64,000 nucleotides of DNA from Candidatus Omnitrophota bacterium (lineage in GTDB: Bacteria > Omnitrophota > Gorgyraeia > Gygaellales > Profunditerraquicolaceae), in the NCBI GenBank assembly GCA_018825985.1, contig JAHKAP010000071.1:7556-71555 (forward strand), read 5' to 3'. The translations under genes were made by a program, and so were the position numbers. Below, in pieces: positions 1 through 9,948 of the stretch. Numbering within the stretch: position 1 is the first letter of the stretch; each line of letters starts with the position of its first letter. Below the pieces are notes generated by a model. The model was not told the DNA's origin and searched no databases. It was given only the letters and a program-made list of their open reading frames with translations.

Positions 1-1
1 T

Positions 2-271
2 TCTTATATCCTCTATTAAACCTAAAATTAATATTAAAGTAGCGGCGATAAATACCGGAAAAAAAATAGCCATATCTTTTAAAATAAACATTACCCCGCA
101 AAGTAACCCTAAATAAATACCCGCTCCTCCCAGTAAAGCAGTGGCGTTTTTATGCACTTTCCTTCCCCCCGGCAAGTCCAGGATATTAAAACGAAAAGCT
201 ATTTTTTTCAATATCTGCAGGCTTAAATAAGAAACGAAGAAAGCGATTATCGAAATTATCAGGGTATTCAT
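2..271 (-). CDS. WecA/TagO-like undecaprenyl-phosphate sugar-1-phosphate transferase (MraY/Glycos_transf_4 family), 5' part; runs off the window edge
   Basis: Not in the ORF track. Manual translation from ATG 271 (ATGA overlap with upstream stop): MNTLIISIIAFFVSYLSLQILKKIAFRFNILDLPGGRKVHKNATALLGGAGIYLG, the DxPxxRKxH...LGG motif of WecA/TagO. Confidence 0.85.
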   Translation of the reverse strand, partial: MNTLIISIIAFFVSYLSLQILKKIAFRFNILDLPGGRKVHKNATALLGGAGIYLGLLCGVMFILKDMAIFFPVFIAATLILILGLIEDIR

Positions 272-888
272 CTTATCTCCCTCAATAAACGGACTGCCTT
301 AAAACCTTCGGCGTATTTGACCCGTCCCTGAAACCCGCGGAAATTCGCGCAAGACTGGGCGCTCTCTAAAATACTCAAATTTTCGACTTTGGTCCTGTAA
401 ACCTGGGAGGTATGCAAATTTAATAATTCCAGCTTCTTAGCTAAAACATCCTCAATATCTACAAAAATATCCGGTTCAAAATGTTGGGTGCTGGGCACTT
501 CATAAAAAAGCACTTCCTTGATATAGCGGGTAGCTGAAACCGCGGCCTGGGCAGCGGAGCGGTGATCCTGATGCACATCCGCCCAAAAGTTTAAAAACAC
601 CACATCCGGCTTAACTTTATAGATAAATTCGTCTATTTTATTGATCAGTTCCCGGTTACAGCTTAATTCCGTGTCCCGGTAACCTCCCCAGCATACTTCT
701 TTCGCCTTTAAGAATACAGCGGCCTGGGTTTGCTCTTTCGACCTGACCTGCGGGTCGCCGCCGAAACTGCCGTCAGTTAAAATCATCAAAAAAATATTGT
801 GCCCCGCTTCAGAGTATTTGATCAATGTCCCTCCGCAGCCAATTTCAATATCATCCGGGTGTGGCCCAATCGCTAAAATATTCATCAT
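268..888 (-). CDS. PIG-L/LmbE family N-acetylhexosamine deacetylase
   Basis: GPHPDDIEIGCGG and DVHQDH metal-binding motifs. Confidence 0.9.
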   Translation of the reverse strand: MMNILAIGPHPDDIEIGCGGTLIKYSEAGHNIFLMILTDGSFGGDPQVRSKEQTQAAVFLKAKEVCWGGYRDTELSCNRELINKIDEFIYKVKPDVVFLNFWADVHQDHRSAAQAAVSATRYIKEVLFYEVPSTQHFEPDIFVDIEDVLAKKLELLNLHTSQVYRTKVENLSILESAQSCANFRGFQGRVKYAEGFKAVRLLREIR

Positions 889-1583
889 TACCCCCTTTTA
901 AATATCTCCCTGCTCTTTGGCCCTTCATTCAACAATAGGTCTAAAATTGACATACACGGCATAAAATCTCCCGCGTTTTTCATAAATTGCTGCCTATAAG
1001 CCGGATGCTTAAAATCCTGATATAACAGCTTTATCCCGGCCTGAGGAAATTTAGCCTCCTCCAGGTATTCCTTGCCTCCCGCGCCTGAAAGATAGGTATC
1101 TGCCTTGAGTTTACGGCAAATATCAATTATCCTGTCAGTCGCGGTATTACGGATATCAAGCTCAGACTCCCTATATATAGGTAAGGCTATTGCCAATTGC
1201 TTTAAGATATAGTCAATTATAAAAATATTCAGATCAACCAGGCCCTCACGCTTTTGAGTATATACCTGGTTCAAGAATTCCTTATGTTCATCAAAAAAAT
1301 CAGCCTTGCCGTAACAGCTTTTAAAAGTCTCCAAGTGTTTTCTTTGCCAGGGCAATTCATTATCTACCACTACACTATCAATAACCTGCCTGCCTTTATC
1401 TTTAGAAATCACCGGCACGCTTAACCATAAAGAACCGCTGGCAGCGCGGACCTTGTTACGATTCTGAAATTCCCGCGGTTTATACTGGACCTTATCCAGA
1501 AATACAAAGCAATCGCTTTTAGCTATTTTATCAAAATAACCCAACCAGGGTATATACTGCGGCTGGTGCATCGATATGATCAT
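888..1583 (-). CDS. WbqC family protein
   Basis: HQPQYIPWLGYFDKI, FQNRN, YLSGAGG and SILDLLLNEGP signatures. Confidence 0.9.
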   Translation of the reverse strand: MIISMHQPQYIPWLGYFDKIAKSDCFVFLDKVQYKPREFQNRNKVRAASGSLWLSVPVISKDKGRQVIDSVVVDNELPWQRKHLETFKSCYGKADFFDEHKEFLNQVYTQKREGLVDLNIFIIDYILKQLAIALPIYRESELDIRNTATDRIIDICRKLKADTYLSGAGGKEYLEEAKFPQAGIKLLYQDFKHPAYRQQFMKNAGDFMPCMSILDLLLNEGPKSREIFKRG

Positions 1584-1686
1584 TTACGCTCCGCGCTCAT
1601 GCTTGATTTTATCTTAAAGGCGCAGGTCTGTCCATCTAAAAATCTCCCGCTTATTCCGATATTATATTTATCCTGGCTCTCTCCCG

Positions 1687-1718
1687 ATCCGGGCCTTGGC
1701 CTAAAGCCAGGCCGGGAT
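1687..1718. repeat. GC-rich intergenic hairpin (REP-like element or terminator)
   Basis: atccgggccttggc-ctaaa-gccaggccgggat, a near-perfect inverted repeat ~30 nt downstream of the GT4 stop. Confidence 0.55.
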
Positions 1719-1747
1719 ATATAAATCAGCTTAATAATAAAAATAAT

Positions 1748-2920
1748 TTAACCCGCATATAATTCAGAATAAAGATTAAAGATCTTCTCGGTCATTTTTT
1801 GGGCGCTAAACCTGTCCTTTACCCAAACCCTGCCTGCCTCTCCCATTTCTTTTCTTTTTACCGGGTCCTTAAATAAAGAGCTTATCGCTATAGCCATAGA
1901 CCCGGGATCAGCCGCAGGCACCAGAAGACCGCTGATTCCGTCTTTTACTACCTCGGCGGTTCCCCCTACATCAGCAGCTACTACCGGGATCCCGGATGCC
2001 TGGGCCTCTATAAGCACTATACCCACTGCCTCATTTAAAGAAGGCAAAACTAAGACGTCCAGGACAGAAATAATTTCGGGGACATTATTTCTCCAGCCGG
2101 TAAAAATTATGCTATCTTTCAGGCCTGATTCCTCTACCCTTTTCTCTAATTTAGCCCGTAAAGAGCCTTCGCCGACTAAAAAAAACTTAGCCTGCGTAAA
2201 ATCCTTAATCACTAGCTTGGCCGCCTCTACAAAAAAACCGGGCCCTTTAACTGTCTCCAGCCTCCCGACCATCGCCGCTGTCAATTCGCCGGCAGTAACT
2301 CCTAAGCTATTTTTTATTTGAGGCCGATTAAAATTTTGCTGTAAGAATGGTTCAAGCTCAAGCCCCAAATATATCAGGTTTATTTTATCTTTAGCCGCCA
2401 CCTTAAATTTAATATAATCGCTTCTTTCCAGTTCAGTTAAAGCAATGATCCTGGTTGTAAAAAAAGTAAGGAACTTCTCGATAAATATTATCAGTTTACT
2501 GTATAAACGATTAAAGTACCCGTAAAAATTATGGCCATGAGGAGTATGCACGATCACTTTTACACCGGCAAAATATGCGGCCAGTCTCCCCAATGCCCCG
2601 GCTTTGGCAGTATGGGTATGGACAACATCGAAATTCTCCTCGCGGAATATTAAATAAAGCTTGATAAAAGTTATAAGATCATTAAATAAATTAACATCTC
2701 TTTGCAATTGGCGGATAACTACTACCTTAGCGTTAAAAGAATTAATGAATTCGTTGGTTTTTTGTGTCTGGTTTTTTGTAGGCCCGGTTATCAAAATTAC
2801 TTCCTGGCCCATTGCCAAAAGTTTTTCGCAGGTAAGCCTTACCATATCCGGAGAACCACCCCAATCCATCCTGGTTATAACCTGGGCTATCTTCATTCTC
2901 TTCATTTTATGTTTATACAA
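1748..2920 (-). CDS. Glycosyltransferase family 4 (GT-B)
   Basis: HTHTAKAG; PSLNEAVGIVLIEAQASGIPVVA (EX7E). Confidence 0.9.
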   Translation of the reverse strand: MYKHKMKRMKIAQVITRMDWGGSPDMVRLTCEKLLAMGQEVILITGPTKNQTQKTNEFINSFNAKVVVIRQLQRDVNLFNDLITFIKLYLIFREENFDVVHTHTAKAGALGRLAAYFAGVKVIVHTPHGHNFYGYFNRLYSKLIIFIEKFLTFFTTRIIALTELERSDYIKFKVAAKDKINLIYLGLELEPFLQQNFNRPQIKNSLGVTAGELTAAMVGRLETVKGPGFFVEAAKLVIKDFTQAKFFLVGEGSLRAKLEKRVEESGLKDSIIFTGWRNNVPEIISVLDVLVLPSLNEAVGIVLIEAQASGIPVVAADVGGTAEVVKDGISGLLVPAADPGSMAIAISSLFKDPVKRKEMGEAGRVWVKDRFSAQKMTEKIFNLYSELYAG

Positions 2921-2946
2921 ATTAACACTAATTTCGTGCCGAAAAA

Positions 2947-4107
2947 TTAATAGCGATACAATTCAGTGCATCTTCCACATACGGCAAAAACCTTATTTTC
3001 TTTTAATATCCGGCGAAACTTTACTGCCTGCTCATTATTCCAGAGTTTAGTAAACTTGACTTTTTTAATATTTCCGTAGGAATAACTAAAATTCAGGCAA
3101 GGGCGGACCTCGCCATCAGGAAAAACATAAGCCACTATCCAGGGGCTTAAGCACCGAAAAGGATAGCCCTTAGGTATATTAGCGGGATCCCGGTAATAAT
3201 CTATGGCTGCCTGGCCGGAAAAATTTGGATAAAAATCCACGCTAAATTTATACCTACCCTTAAGTATCCGGCTGATCATACTATTTAAAATTTCAGGCTC
3301 TATGCCGGGTTCAAAAACAAATCCCTCCCAATTTAATGAATTACAATCCAATATCCGATTATACTCTTTCTGCCTATCTAAGATCTGACGATCGGTAAAT
3401 ATCAGGTTATGAAAAGTCAGGGAATCGGCATCTACTTCTTCGGCTACCCTAATCATCTCTTCTAGATACCTGCAATTGTCCTTATTGATAGTGCACTGTA
3501 GGTTGACAAAAGGCTTCTTAGTCTTTTTTTGTTTTTTTAAATAATCTATATTCTTTAAGCCGCGCGTAATTGTATTATAAAGCCCAGGCAGGCCCCGGAT
3601 ATCATCATGCAGTTGGCTTAAGCCGTCCAGGGAAACATTTAATTCATCCAGGCCGCTTTCTACCAGCTCTAAAGCCCTGGCCTCTAAAAGCGATCCGTTA
3701 GTGATCATTAAGGTGTGCATTTTTTTCCTCTTAATATATCTAATAAGCCCGCTGCAATCAGGATAAAGTAAAGGTTCACCGCCAAAAAGGGTAATGTTTG
3801 GACGAAAAACAGCTACATCGTCTACCAGGGATTTTAATTCCTGTATTGATAGCTCAGATTGCACATACTCAGCACTTTGTTTTTTAGTCACTCCTCCCTC
3901 TCCCCACTGCCCGCACATCCGGCAATGCAGGTTACAGCGGTGGGTAAGAAATAGGGTGATCGCCTCAGGAAAAATACTCTCGCCGTTACCAAAGTAATAG
4001 GCGAGTTGAGCCCGAGTGCGTTTTAAGAAAACGCTATAGGCATAACCAGGTTGCTTGTTTGCCTTATAAAAAAATCTTTTGATATTCCGCAAAGGTATCA
4101 TAATCAA
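2947..4107 (-). CDS. Radical SAM protein with SPASM/twitch domain, in the glycan locus
   Basis: CNLHCRMC (CxxxCxxC), GGEPLL, C-terminal CLSPW...DGEVRPC...CGRC. Confidence 0.9.
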   Translation of the reverse strand: MIMIPLRNIKRFFYKANKQPGYAYSVFLKRTRAQLAYYFGNGESIFPEAITLFLTHRCNLHCRMCGQWGEGGVTKKQSAEYVQSELSIQELKSLVDDVAVFRPNITLFGGEPLLYPDCSGLIRYIKRKKMHTLMITNGSLLEARALELVESGLDELNVSLDGLSQLHDDIRGLPGLYNTITRGLKNIDYLKKQKKTKKPFVNLQCTINKDNCRYLEEMIRVAEEVDADSLTFHNLIFTDRQILDRQKEYNRILDCNSLNWEGFVFEPGIEPEILNSMISRILKGRYKFSVDFYPNFSGQAAIDYYRDPANIPKGYPFRCLSPWIVAYVFPDGEVRPCLNFSYSYGNIKKVKFTKLWNNEQAVKFRRILKENKVFAVCGRCTELYRY

Positions 4108-4168
4108 ATAATCTTATTGGTTAATGTCTGTTAATTCGATTACTTTAGCAGCTATTGGTAACTATGTA

Positions 4169-5341
4169 CTAAATATTTTTCTTAATAATATCTATCATTT
4201 TTTCTATATCTTGCTCACTGACCAAATGATGGATAGGCAAAGCTAAAAGATGATCCGCAAGATAATTTGCATTGGGAAAATCTTCCGGCTTGTACCCTAG
4301 TTCAAACATATGGTGCAGCGGCCTTTTATAAACCCTGGATGCCTCTAAGCCGCTATGCATGAGTTTCTTCTCAATAATACCCAATTTTGTTGAATCTTTG
4401 AATAAAACCGGCACTTGATTAAAAACCGGATAATCATCTTCAGATATAATGGGAAGGATTAATCCTGTTTCGCTCTTTAAGGACTTGATCAGAAACTTTC
4501 CTTTTTCATACCTGGCTTTTAAAAAAATATCGATTTTTTCTAAACACCTGATGCCTAATCCGGCCTGAATCCGGCTGATCCGGCAAACTTTAAAATCTTT
4601 TGGCGCAACAGTATCCCTAAAACAAGAGATAGCTTGATAGGCTAAACCATAGACATAAGGACGGGTGGCAAAATAAAATGCGGCTATTTTAGCGAATATA
4701 CCCGCGCCGGTATTCTCCGGTAATTGCTTGCATAAAGACTCGATTTTCCCGGATAAATCCGGTGAATTAACCAGTATGCATCCTCCAGAGTAAAGAGGAA
4801 AATTTTTACCGCGGTTAAAGCTAAAGAAAGAGATGTCGGAAAAACTTCCCACTGGCCTTGCCCTGATCCGGCTTCCAAATGCCTGAGCGCAATCCTCGAT
4901 CAAGGTCACGCCTGTTGGCAGGGTCATTTTTATCTGGCTGATACTTCCTATACCTATGCCAAACATGTGCACAGCAACCGCTGCCAGGGTATCATCAGAT
5001 ACGGATTTACTTAAAACTTTGGTGTCCAGATTAAAATCTTCAAGTGATATATCGCAAAGAGCCGGCTTTAACCCGGCCTTCTTTATCGCAACCACCAGGC
5101 TTCCGGCAGTATAAGCCGGCAAAATAACTTCTTTTTTCAAAGAATCATGCTTAAGCGACTCTAATATCAGATAAAATGCTGAAACCCCGGAATTAACCGG
5201 ATAAATGTATTGGGCCTGTAAAAAAACTGTTAAGGATCCGGCGAATTTATCTATCACCTCAGGATCGCCCGCTAGATTTAACGCCGACGATATGTCTTGA
5301 AAATTATAAACCGCAGCTATATTAGGGGTTCTCTTAATCAT
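4169..5341 (-). CDS. DegT/DnrJ/EryC1/StrS PLP-dependent sugar aminotransferase
   Basis: IEDCAQAFG, FSFNRGKNF (PLP lysine), LALPIH. Confidence 0.85.
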   Translation of the reverse strand: MIKRTPNIAAVYNFQDISSALNLAGDPEVIDKFAGSLTVFLQAQYIYPVNSGVSAFYLILESLKHDSLKKEVILPAYTAGSLVVAIKKAGLKPALCDISLEDFNLDTKVLSKSVSDDTLAAVAVHMFGIGIGSISQIKMTLPTGVTLIEDCAQAFGSRIRARPVGSFSDISFFSFNRGKNFPLYSGGCILVNSPDLSGKIESLCKQLPENTGAGIFAKIAAFYFATRPYVYGLAYQAISCFRDTVAPKDFKVCRISRIQAGLGIRCLEKIDIFLKARYEKGKFLIKSLKSETGLILPIISEDDYPVFNQVPVLFKDSTKLGIIEKKLMHSGLEASRVYKRPLHHMFELGYKPEDFPNANYLADHLLALPIHHLVSEQDIEKMIDIIKKNI

Positions 5342-6002
5342 TTTTCTTTGCCTGGTAAACTATTAATGGCGCAAATGCCTTTATAGGAAAGCCTAAATAC
5401 AGCTTATTTTCAACTGTAAATCCGGCCTCTTTTAAAAGGCCTTCTATTTGAGCGCAGCTGTAAGTATTTAAAGGAAGATTTTTCACTGAGGCATCATAAT
5501 AAGGAGCTAGTTTATATTTTATTTTAAGCGCCGGGTTTGCGGAATTACGGATATCAAATATCAATCGGCCGGATTTTTTAGTTACTCGGTTGACTTGGGT
5601 TAAAACTTTTTTAATATTGCCCAAAGAAGGAAGATTAAAAAATACATTGATGCAAATTACAACGTCAAAATAATTATCCGCAAATTCAAGCTTTTCTGCG
5701 TCCTGGCAATCGGCTTCGGCATTATTAAGCCCCATTTCTTTGATCCGCGTTTTAGCTTGCTCCGCGCGGAGAAGGCTATTATCTGCCCCCCGGCATTCTA
5801 ATCCCGGGTGGGCCTTAGCCAGTTGTGTAAGAAAAAGGCCCTCGCCGCAGCCGATCTCAAGTGCTTGACCGGCAGTAATATCCCGGCATAGAAATAATGC
5901 CGCCGCCCTTACTTTATCCTGCCAATTTCCCGCAGAATACTTTCCCTTTTCCTGTGGCCGGGAAATCAGCCGATGAAAAAATTTATAGAGCCTGGAAACC
6001 AT
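5334..6002 (-). CDS. Class I SAM-dependent methyltransferase
   Basis: ALEIGCGEG motif I; FDVVIC. Confidence 0.85.
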   Translation of the reverse strand: MVSRLYKFFHRLISRPQEKGKYSAGNWQDKVRAAALFLCRDITAGQALEIGCGEGLFLTQLAKAHPGLECRGADNSLLRAEQAKTRIKEMGLNNAEADCQDAEKLEFADNYFDVVICINVFFNLPSLGNIKKVLTQVNRVTKKSGRLIFDIRNSANPALKIKYKLAPYYDASVKNLPLNTYSCAQIEGLLKEAGFTVENKLYLGFPIKAFAPLIVYQAKKND

Positions 6003-7149
6003 GATCCTTTACCTTTTTTATAATATCCTCTATCTGTTTTGCCCGTAGACTTAAGGAGAATTCATTCTCCGCCCTTAAACGCCCCTGCCTGCCCAACCTT
6101 TCAGCAAGATCCGGTTCTATTAAAAGTTTTCGTATAGCCTCTGCTAATTTATCCGGTTTATCCGGGTCAACCAATAGCCCGGTTATCCCATCAAGGACAG
6201 CATCCCTTACTCCTCCTGAGATACCTCCGATAACCGGCTTAGCGCAGGCCGAAGCCTCAATAAAGGAGATCCCGAAACCTTCCACATTATCATCGGCTTT
6301 AATCTCGGTATTAGGCATAACATATATATCACAGATATTATAATACACCGGCAGGTCTTCGTCCGGTACACGCCCCAGAAAACAAACATCTTTTTCTAAC
6401 CCGGATTCTTTGGCCTGTTTTTTTAAATTATCCTCCTCCTCTCCTGAACCCACAACCAGATATACCAATTCCGGAAAGTCCTTCTTTAATTTTTTTAGGG
6501 CCTCAATAACCAGGTGTACGCCCTTACGTTTTACCAGCCTGGCTACGGTTAAGAGTATCTGTTTATTTTCTAATTTTAAATAATTATTTATTTTACCGGT
6601 ATCATCATCCGGCTTGAATTTATTTATATCCACTCCGGGAGTAACTATATAAACCAGATCTTGTTTTAGCCCGAATTTTCCGGCCTCGGCCCGGGAAAAT
6701 TCACTGATAGTGATAACAAAATCGGCATTTTTCATTATCTTATTTAAAACCGGCCATAATATCCGGTTTTCTTTAAATTTACTATACTCCCCCCCATAAT
6801 AAAATACACCATAAGGAAGCTTAAATATCAACTTAAAGATCAGCCCGATACAGCCTAAACTGAGCGGAACGCTGCAAAAAACAAGATTTATTTTATTTTT
6901 GATTAAAAAATTAAACGTCAGACAGAATAAAACAATCGTCCTTAAAATCTTGAACCGCGTAAAACCGGGGTAACGAAAAATATTTAATCCGCTTGTTATA
7001 TCAAAACCCTTAGCTGATTTAACCGCCGGGGCAAGAATATAATTGTCATTCTTATAAAGATCCTTCCAGATACCGGACAAATATGTCCCGATCCCGGTTA
7101 CCTGGGGAGGAAAATCAAAAGTTATTAAAAGGCTTTTTTTATCCTTCAT
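5983..7149 (-). CDS. Glycosyltransferase family 4 (PimB-like)
   Basis: DFPPQVTGI; EGFGISFIEASACAKPVIGG. Confidence 0.9.
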   Translation of the reverse strand: MKDKKSLLITFDFPPQVTGIGTYLSGIWKDLYKNDNYILAPAVKSAKGFDITSGLNIFRYPGFTRFKILRTIVLFCLTFNFLIKNKINLVFCSVPLSLGCIGLIFKLIFKLPYGVFYYGGEYSKFKENRILWPVLNKIMKNADFVITISEFSRAEAGKFGLKQDLVYIVTPGVDINKFKPDDDTGKINNYLKLENKQILLTVARLVKRKGVHLVIEALKKLKKDFPELVYLVVGSGEEEDNLKKQAKESGLEKDVCFLGRVPDEDLPVYYNICDIYVMPNTEIKADDNVEGFGISFIEASACAKPVIGGISGGVRDAVLDGITGLLVDPDKPDKLAEAIRKLLIEPDLAERLGRQGRLRAENEFSLSLRAKQIEDIIKKVKDHGFQAL

Positions 7150-8383
7150 TGCTGGTCCTTAATAAGCTGCCTAAAAGTATAAACAACAGGATATAACCGA
7201 TACCCTTAAAAGACAATAAAAAAGCAAACGGCCCGCTCCAGGCGCTAGGGAAACTGGTAATCGCGTACTTCAATCCCAAAATAAGATATGCAATAATAAA
7301 TAAAATAATCGATGATTTTTTAACCGGACCTTTGATTATGTAGAACCAGCAGATTACCAGCGGCAAAAATAAGACTACCAGATGAGTTTCATGCACCCAG
7401 GGACATACCATATAACACAAAGTTATAAAAAAAGAAAATTCTAAAGCCATTTTATCCGGATTGGTTCCAACCCTTTTCCCATACCTAACCCTGAAAGCCA
7501 GAGTTAAAACAATCAAATTTATCAAAATAGTCAGTGCCTGGACAAACTTTATGCCGGCGATACTAAAAAATAAGTTGTATAATAAATAAAAGATGCTCAG
7601 GCTGGAAATATCCCTGTATTCACCGGCTGCTACCTGGCCGGAGAAAAACCTTAACTGGTAAGTCCAATAAGAAATCTCTTTATCTATCCCAAAGCTAAAA
7701 ATAGCTGCCAGTTTAATCAGGAAAATAACACAAATCGCGCTTATTAATGCCTTCCAATATCTCTTACACAGGCAAAATAAAAGGACCGGAATAAATAACT
7801 CTTTGATCTGCACGCCTAAACCTAAAAAAATACCGGCTAAAAATATCTTCTTATTTTTAAAGCATAAAAGCGCCAGGGTAAAGAATAATAGGATCAGTAA
7901 GTTCGGCTGCCCGATAAAAAGATCTTCCCTTAGTGGCCAGAACATAAAAACCAGGAATAATCCTGAAATGACCTTGTAAATATCCAGATTGCCGAAGATT
8001 TTAGTCAAGACTAACCATGTGGAAATAATTAATGCTGCCTGGCAGGTTATTACCCACAAAACAGATGCTAAGTTAAATCCCATAAAGGTAAAAGGCGAAA
8101 AGATCAGAAAAAAATTCATAGAATGCAAAACGCTGGCATAATTGCTATAACCGGTCTTCGTTATCATTGAATTTTCGTAACTTAAATATTCCTGAGGCGA
8201 GATCTTCCAGACGTCAACTCCCTGCTGCAACAGCTTTGAATTGACATAATAATGCCGGGTATCAATAAAATCGCTGGTAAATATGGCTTTGGTCAAATCA
8301 TGCAAATAGGTAAAAAGAACGAATAAAACAACCAGGTAAATAAAATATTTCAGATACGCCGCTTTAGAGGCATCGTTATCCAT
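7139..8383 (-). CDS. GT-C fold membrane glycosyltransferase (GT87/DUF2029-like)
   Basis: Polytopic membrane protein; DTRHYY, GQPNLL, GVQIK, PWVHETH motifs; strong RBS. Confidence 0.7.
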   Translation of the reverse strand: MDNDASKAAYLKYFIYLVVLFVLFTYLHDLTKAIFTSDFIDTRHYYVNSKLLQQGVDVWKISPQEYLSYENSMITKTGYSNYASVLHSMNFFLIFSPFTFMGFNLASVLWVITCQAALIISTWLVLTKIFGNLDIYKVISGLFLVFMFWPLREDLFIGQPNLLILLFFTLALLCFKNKKIFLAGIFLGLGVQIKELFIPVLLFCLCKRYWKALISAICVIFLIKLAAIFSFGIDKEISYWTYQLRFFSGQVAAGEYRDISSLSIFYLLYNLFFSIAGIKFVQALTILINLIVLTLAFRVRYGKRVGTNPDKMALEFSFFITLCYMVCPWVHETHLVVLFLPLVICWFYIIKGPVKKSSIILFIIAYLILGLKYAITSFPSAWSGPFAFLLSFKGIGYILLFILLGSLLRTSNEG

Positions 8384-8437
8384 TTTTTAAATCAACCTCC
8401 TTGTATAATTACCAATGTATAGTCATTAATTATACAT

Positions 8438-8869
8438 GATTACAGCGATTCTTAAAAAGATTACAGCGATTAAAACATTAAACGCCGTACTTGACAACTC
8501 TTATTACCAAAGTTTATCAATAAACCAACCTTGTGACACGTAACTTTCAAATAAGATAAAACTTGTGCTTCAAATACTAAAGGCATATTTCCAGTAACTG
8601 CCTTAACTTCTATAATTACTTTATTCTCAACTATCAAATCAACCCTAAAAAAACCGGCTTGTTTAGATTGATAAATTACTTTAAACTCCTTTTCTGTATC
8701 ATATTTCAAACCTTCTTCTTTTAAGGCTATCCTTAAAGCGTTATGATAAATCTTTTCAATGAAACCAGGCCCTAATTCTGAATGAACCCTATAAGCGCAA
8801 GCGATTATACGCTCTGTAAGGGGATCCCTATCTTTAATCTCTGGAATCTGATTTTTAATCTCTGTAATC
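8438..8869. mobile_element. Putative GxxExxY element bounded by paired inverted 13-mers (repeat family B)
   Basis: GATTACAGCGATT at 8438 and 8459; AATCTCTGGAATC at 8836 and AATCTCTGTAATC at 8857; empty copies at 16846 and 30658. Confidence 0.7.
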
Positions 8870-8871
8870 AT
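8470..8871 (-). CDS. GxxExxY protein (PD-(D/E)XK nuclease fold)
   Basis: LGPGFIEKIY, RVDLIVENKVIIEVKA, QVLSYLK, GLLINFG. Confidence 0.95.
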   Translation of the reverse strand: MITEIKNQIPEIKDRDPLTERIIACAYRVHSELGPGFIEKIYHNALRIALKEEGLKYDTEKEFKVIYQSKQAGFFRVDLIVENKVIIEVKAVTGNMPLVFEAQVLSYLKVTCHKVGLLINFGNKSCQVRRLMF

Positions 8872-8874
8872 AAT

Positions 8875-9948
8875 CTATCTTTGATCTATAGCTCTTATCC
8901 CGAGCTTGCCCATAACCGATTTTACTTTTTCAAAAACTTCTTCCACATTTACTAATTCCATGCATTTATGATCCCAGCAGCTGCCTTTTGAGCATGGGCT
9001 GCATAATAGATCCTTGCGGATAACTTTCTGATTGATGCCTTTAGGCCACCATAGTATAGGATCAGCCGGCCCCATAATTGAAATTGTCGGCACGCCCAAT
9101 GCGGCTGCCAAATGCATTGGCCCGGAATTATTACATATTAATAATGAACACCCCTTCAAAAAAATAGCAAACTCCTTGAGCCCGGACATTAGCGATTCGG
9201 CATTAGGATTATTTATGCCCTGGACAATATAATTAACAATTTTTTCATCGTTAGAAGCTCCCACAATTTTTAATTTTACCCTATATGACGCTAATATTTT
9301 TTTTGCCAATAAAACAAATTTATCTTTACTCCATCTCTGGGAATCATAAAACCCGCCCGGATGCATGGCTATAAATATCCCCTCAGGCGCATCATCAGAG
9401 TCTAAAATAAGTTTGGGAATAATTTCTTTTTTAGGGATACCCAATAAATCTAAAAGCCGCAATTGCAGCCTACCCATATCATCATAAGGATGATTTATTG
9501 GATTAACAACTCTATTAAGAAATAATTCTCGAAAACCCCAGGAAAATCCCAGGCGGATTGGCGCGCCACAGAGATACGCTAAAATCGCCGGCCTTATCTT
9601 ATAATCATAAAGCAGATCAAAAACAGCGTCATACTTCTCCCTCTTTAATCTCCTGGCAGTAGAAATTAAATTATCGTAAATAATTACTTTATTTACTGAT
9701 TTAACCAACCCGGCCAGCTCTTTCAGATAAGGCCTGACTAAAACATCTATAATTGCATCCGGATATTCCAGCCGGATATTTTCAATCACTGGTATTGACA
9801 CCACAAAATCACCCATCCGGTCTATTCTAATAATCAGAAACCTGGACAATCGCTTAGGTAATGAAACTCGGGAAGGAAATAGTATGCGGCTAAACAGTAT
9901 AAAAATCAACCTTAGCCAAAAATATAAATTTAGAAGTATTTTCTTCAT
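8875..9948 (-). CDS. Glycosyltransferase family 9 (heptosyltransferase-like)
   Basis: IDRMGDFVV; NNSGPMHLAAALGVPTISIMGP; C-terminal CSPC...C...C. Confidence 0.9.
   Translation of the reverse strand: MKKILLNLYFWLRLIFILFSRILFPSRVSLPKRLSRFLIIRIDRMGDFVVSIPVIENIRLEYPDAIIDVLVRPYLKELAGLVKSVNKVIIYDNLISTARRLKREKYDAVFDLLYDYKIRPAILAYLCGAPIRLGFSWGFRELFLNRVVNPINHPYDDMGRLQLRLLDLLGIPKKEIIPKLILDSDDAPEGIFIAMHPGGFYDSQRWSKDKFVLLAKKILASYRVKLKIVGASNDEKIVNYIVQGINNPNAESLMSGLKEFAIFLKGCSLLICNNSGPMHLAAALGVPTISIMGPADPILWWPKGINQKVIRKDLLCSPCSKGSCWDHKCMELVNVEEVFEKVKSVMGKLGIRAIDQR

Noticed and set aside
4110-4168. Faint heptamer-like periodicity (ttattgg/ttaatgt/ctattgg) in an intergenic gap
   Set aside because: Too degenerate to support by eye
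8402-8436. 10-bp AT-rich inverted repeat tgtataatta/taattataca upstream of the GT87 gene
   Set aside because: Single low-complexity occurrence; cannot tell an operator from chance
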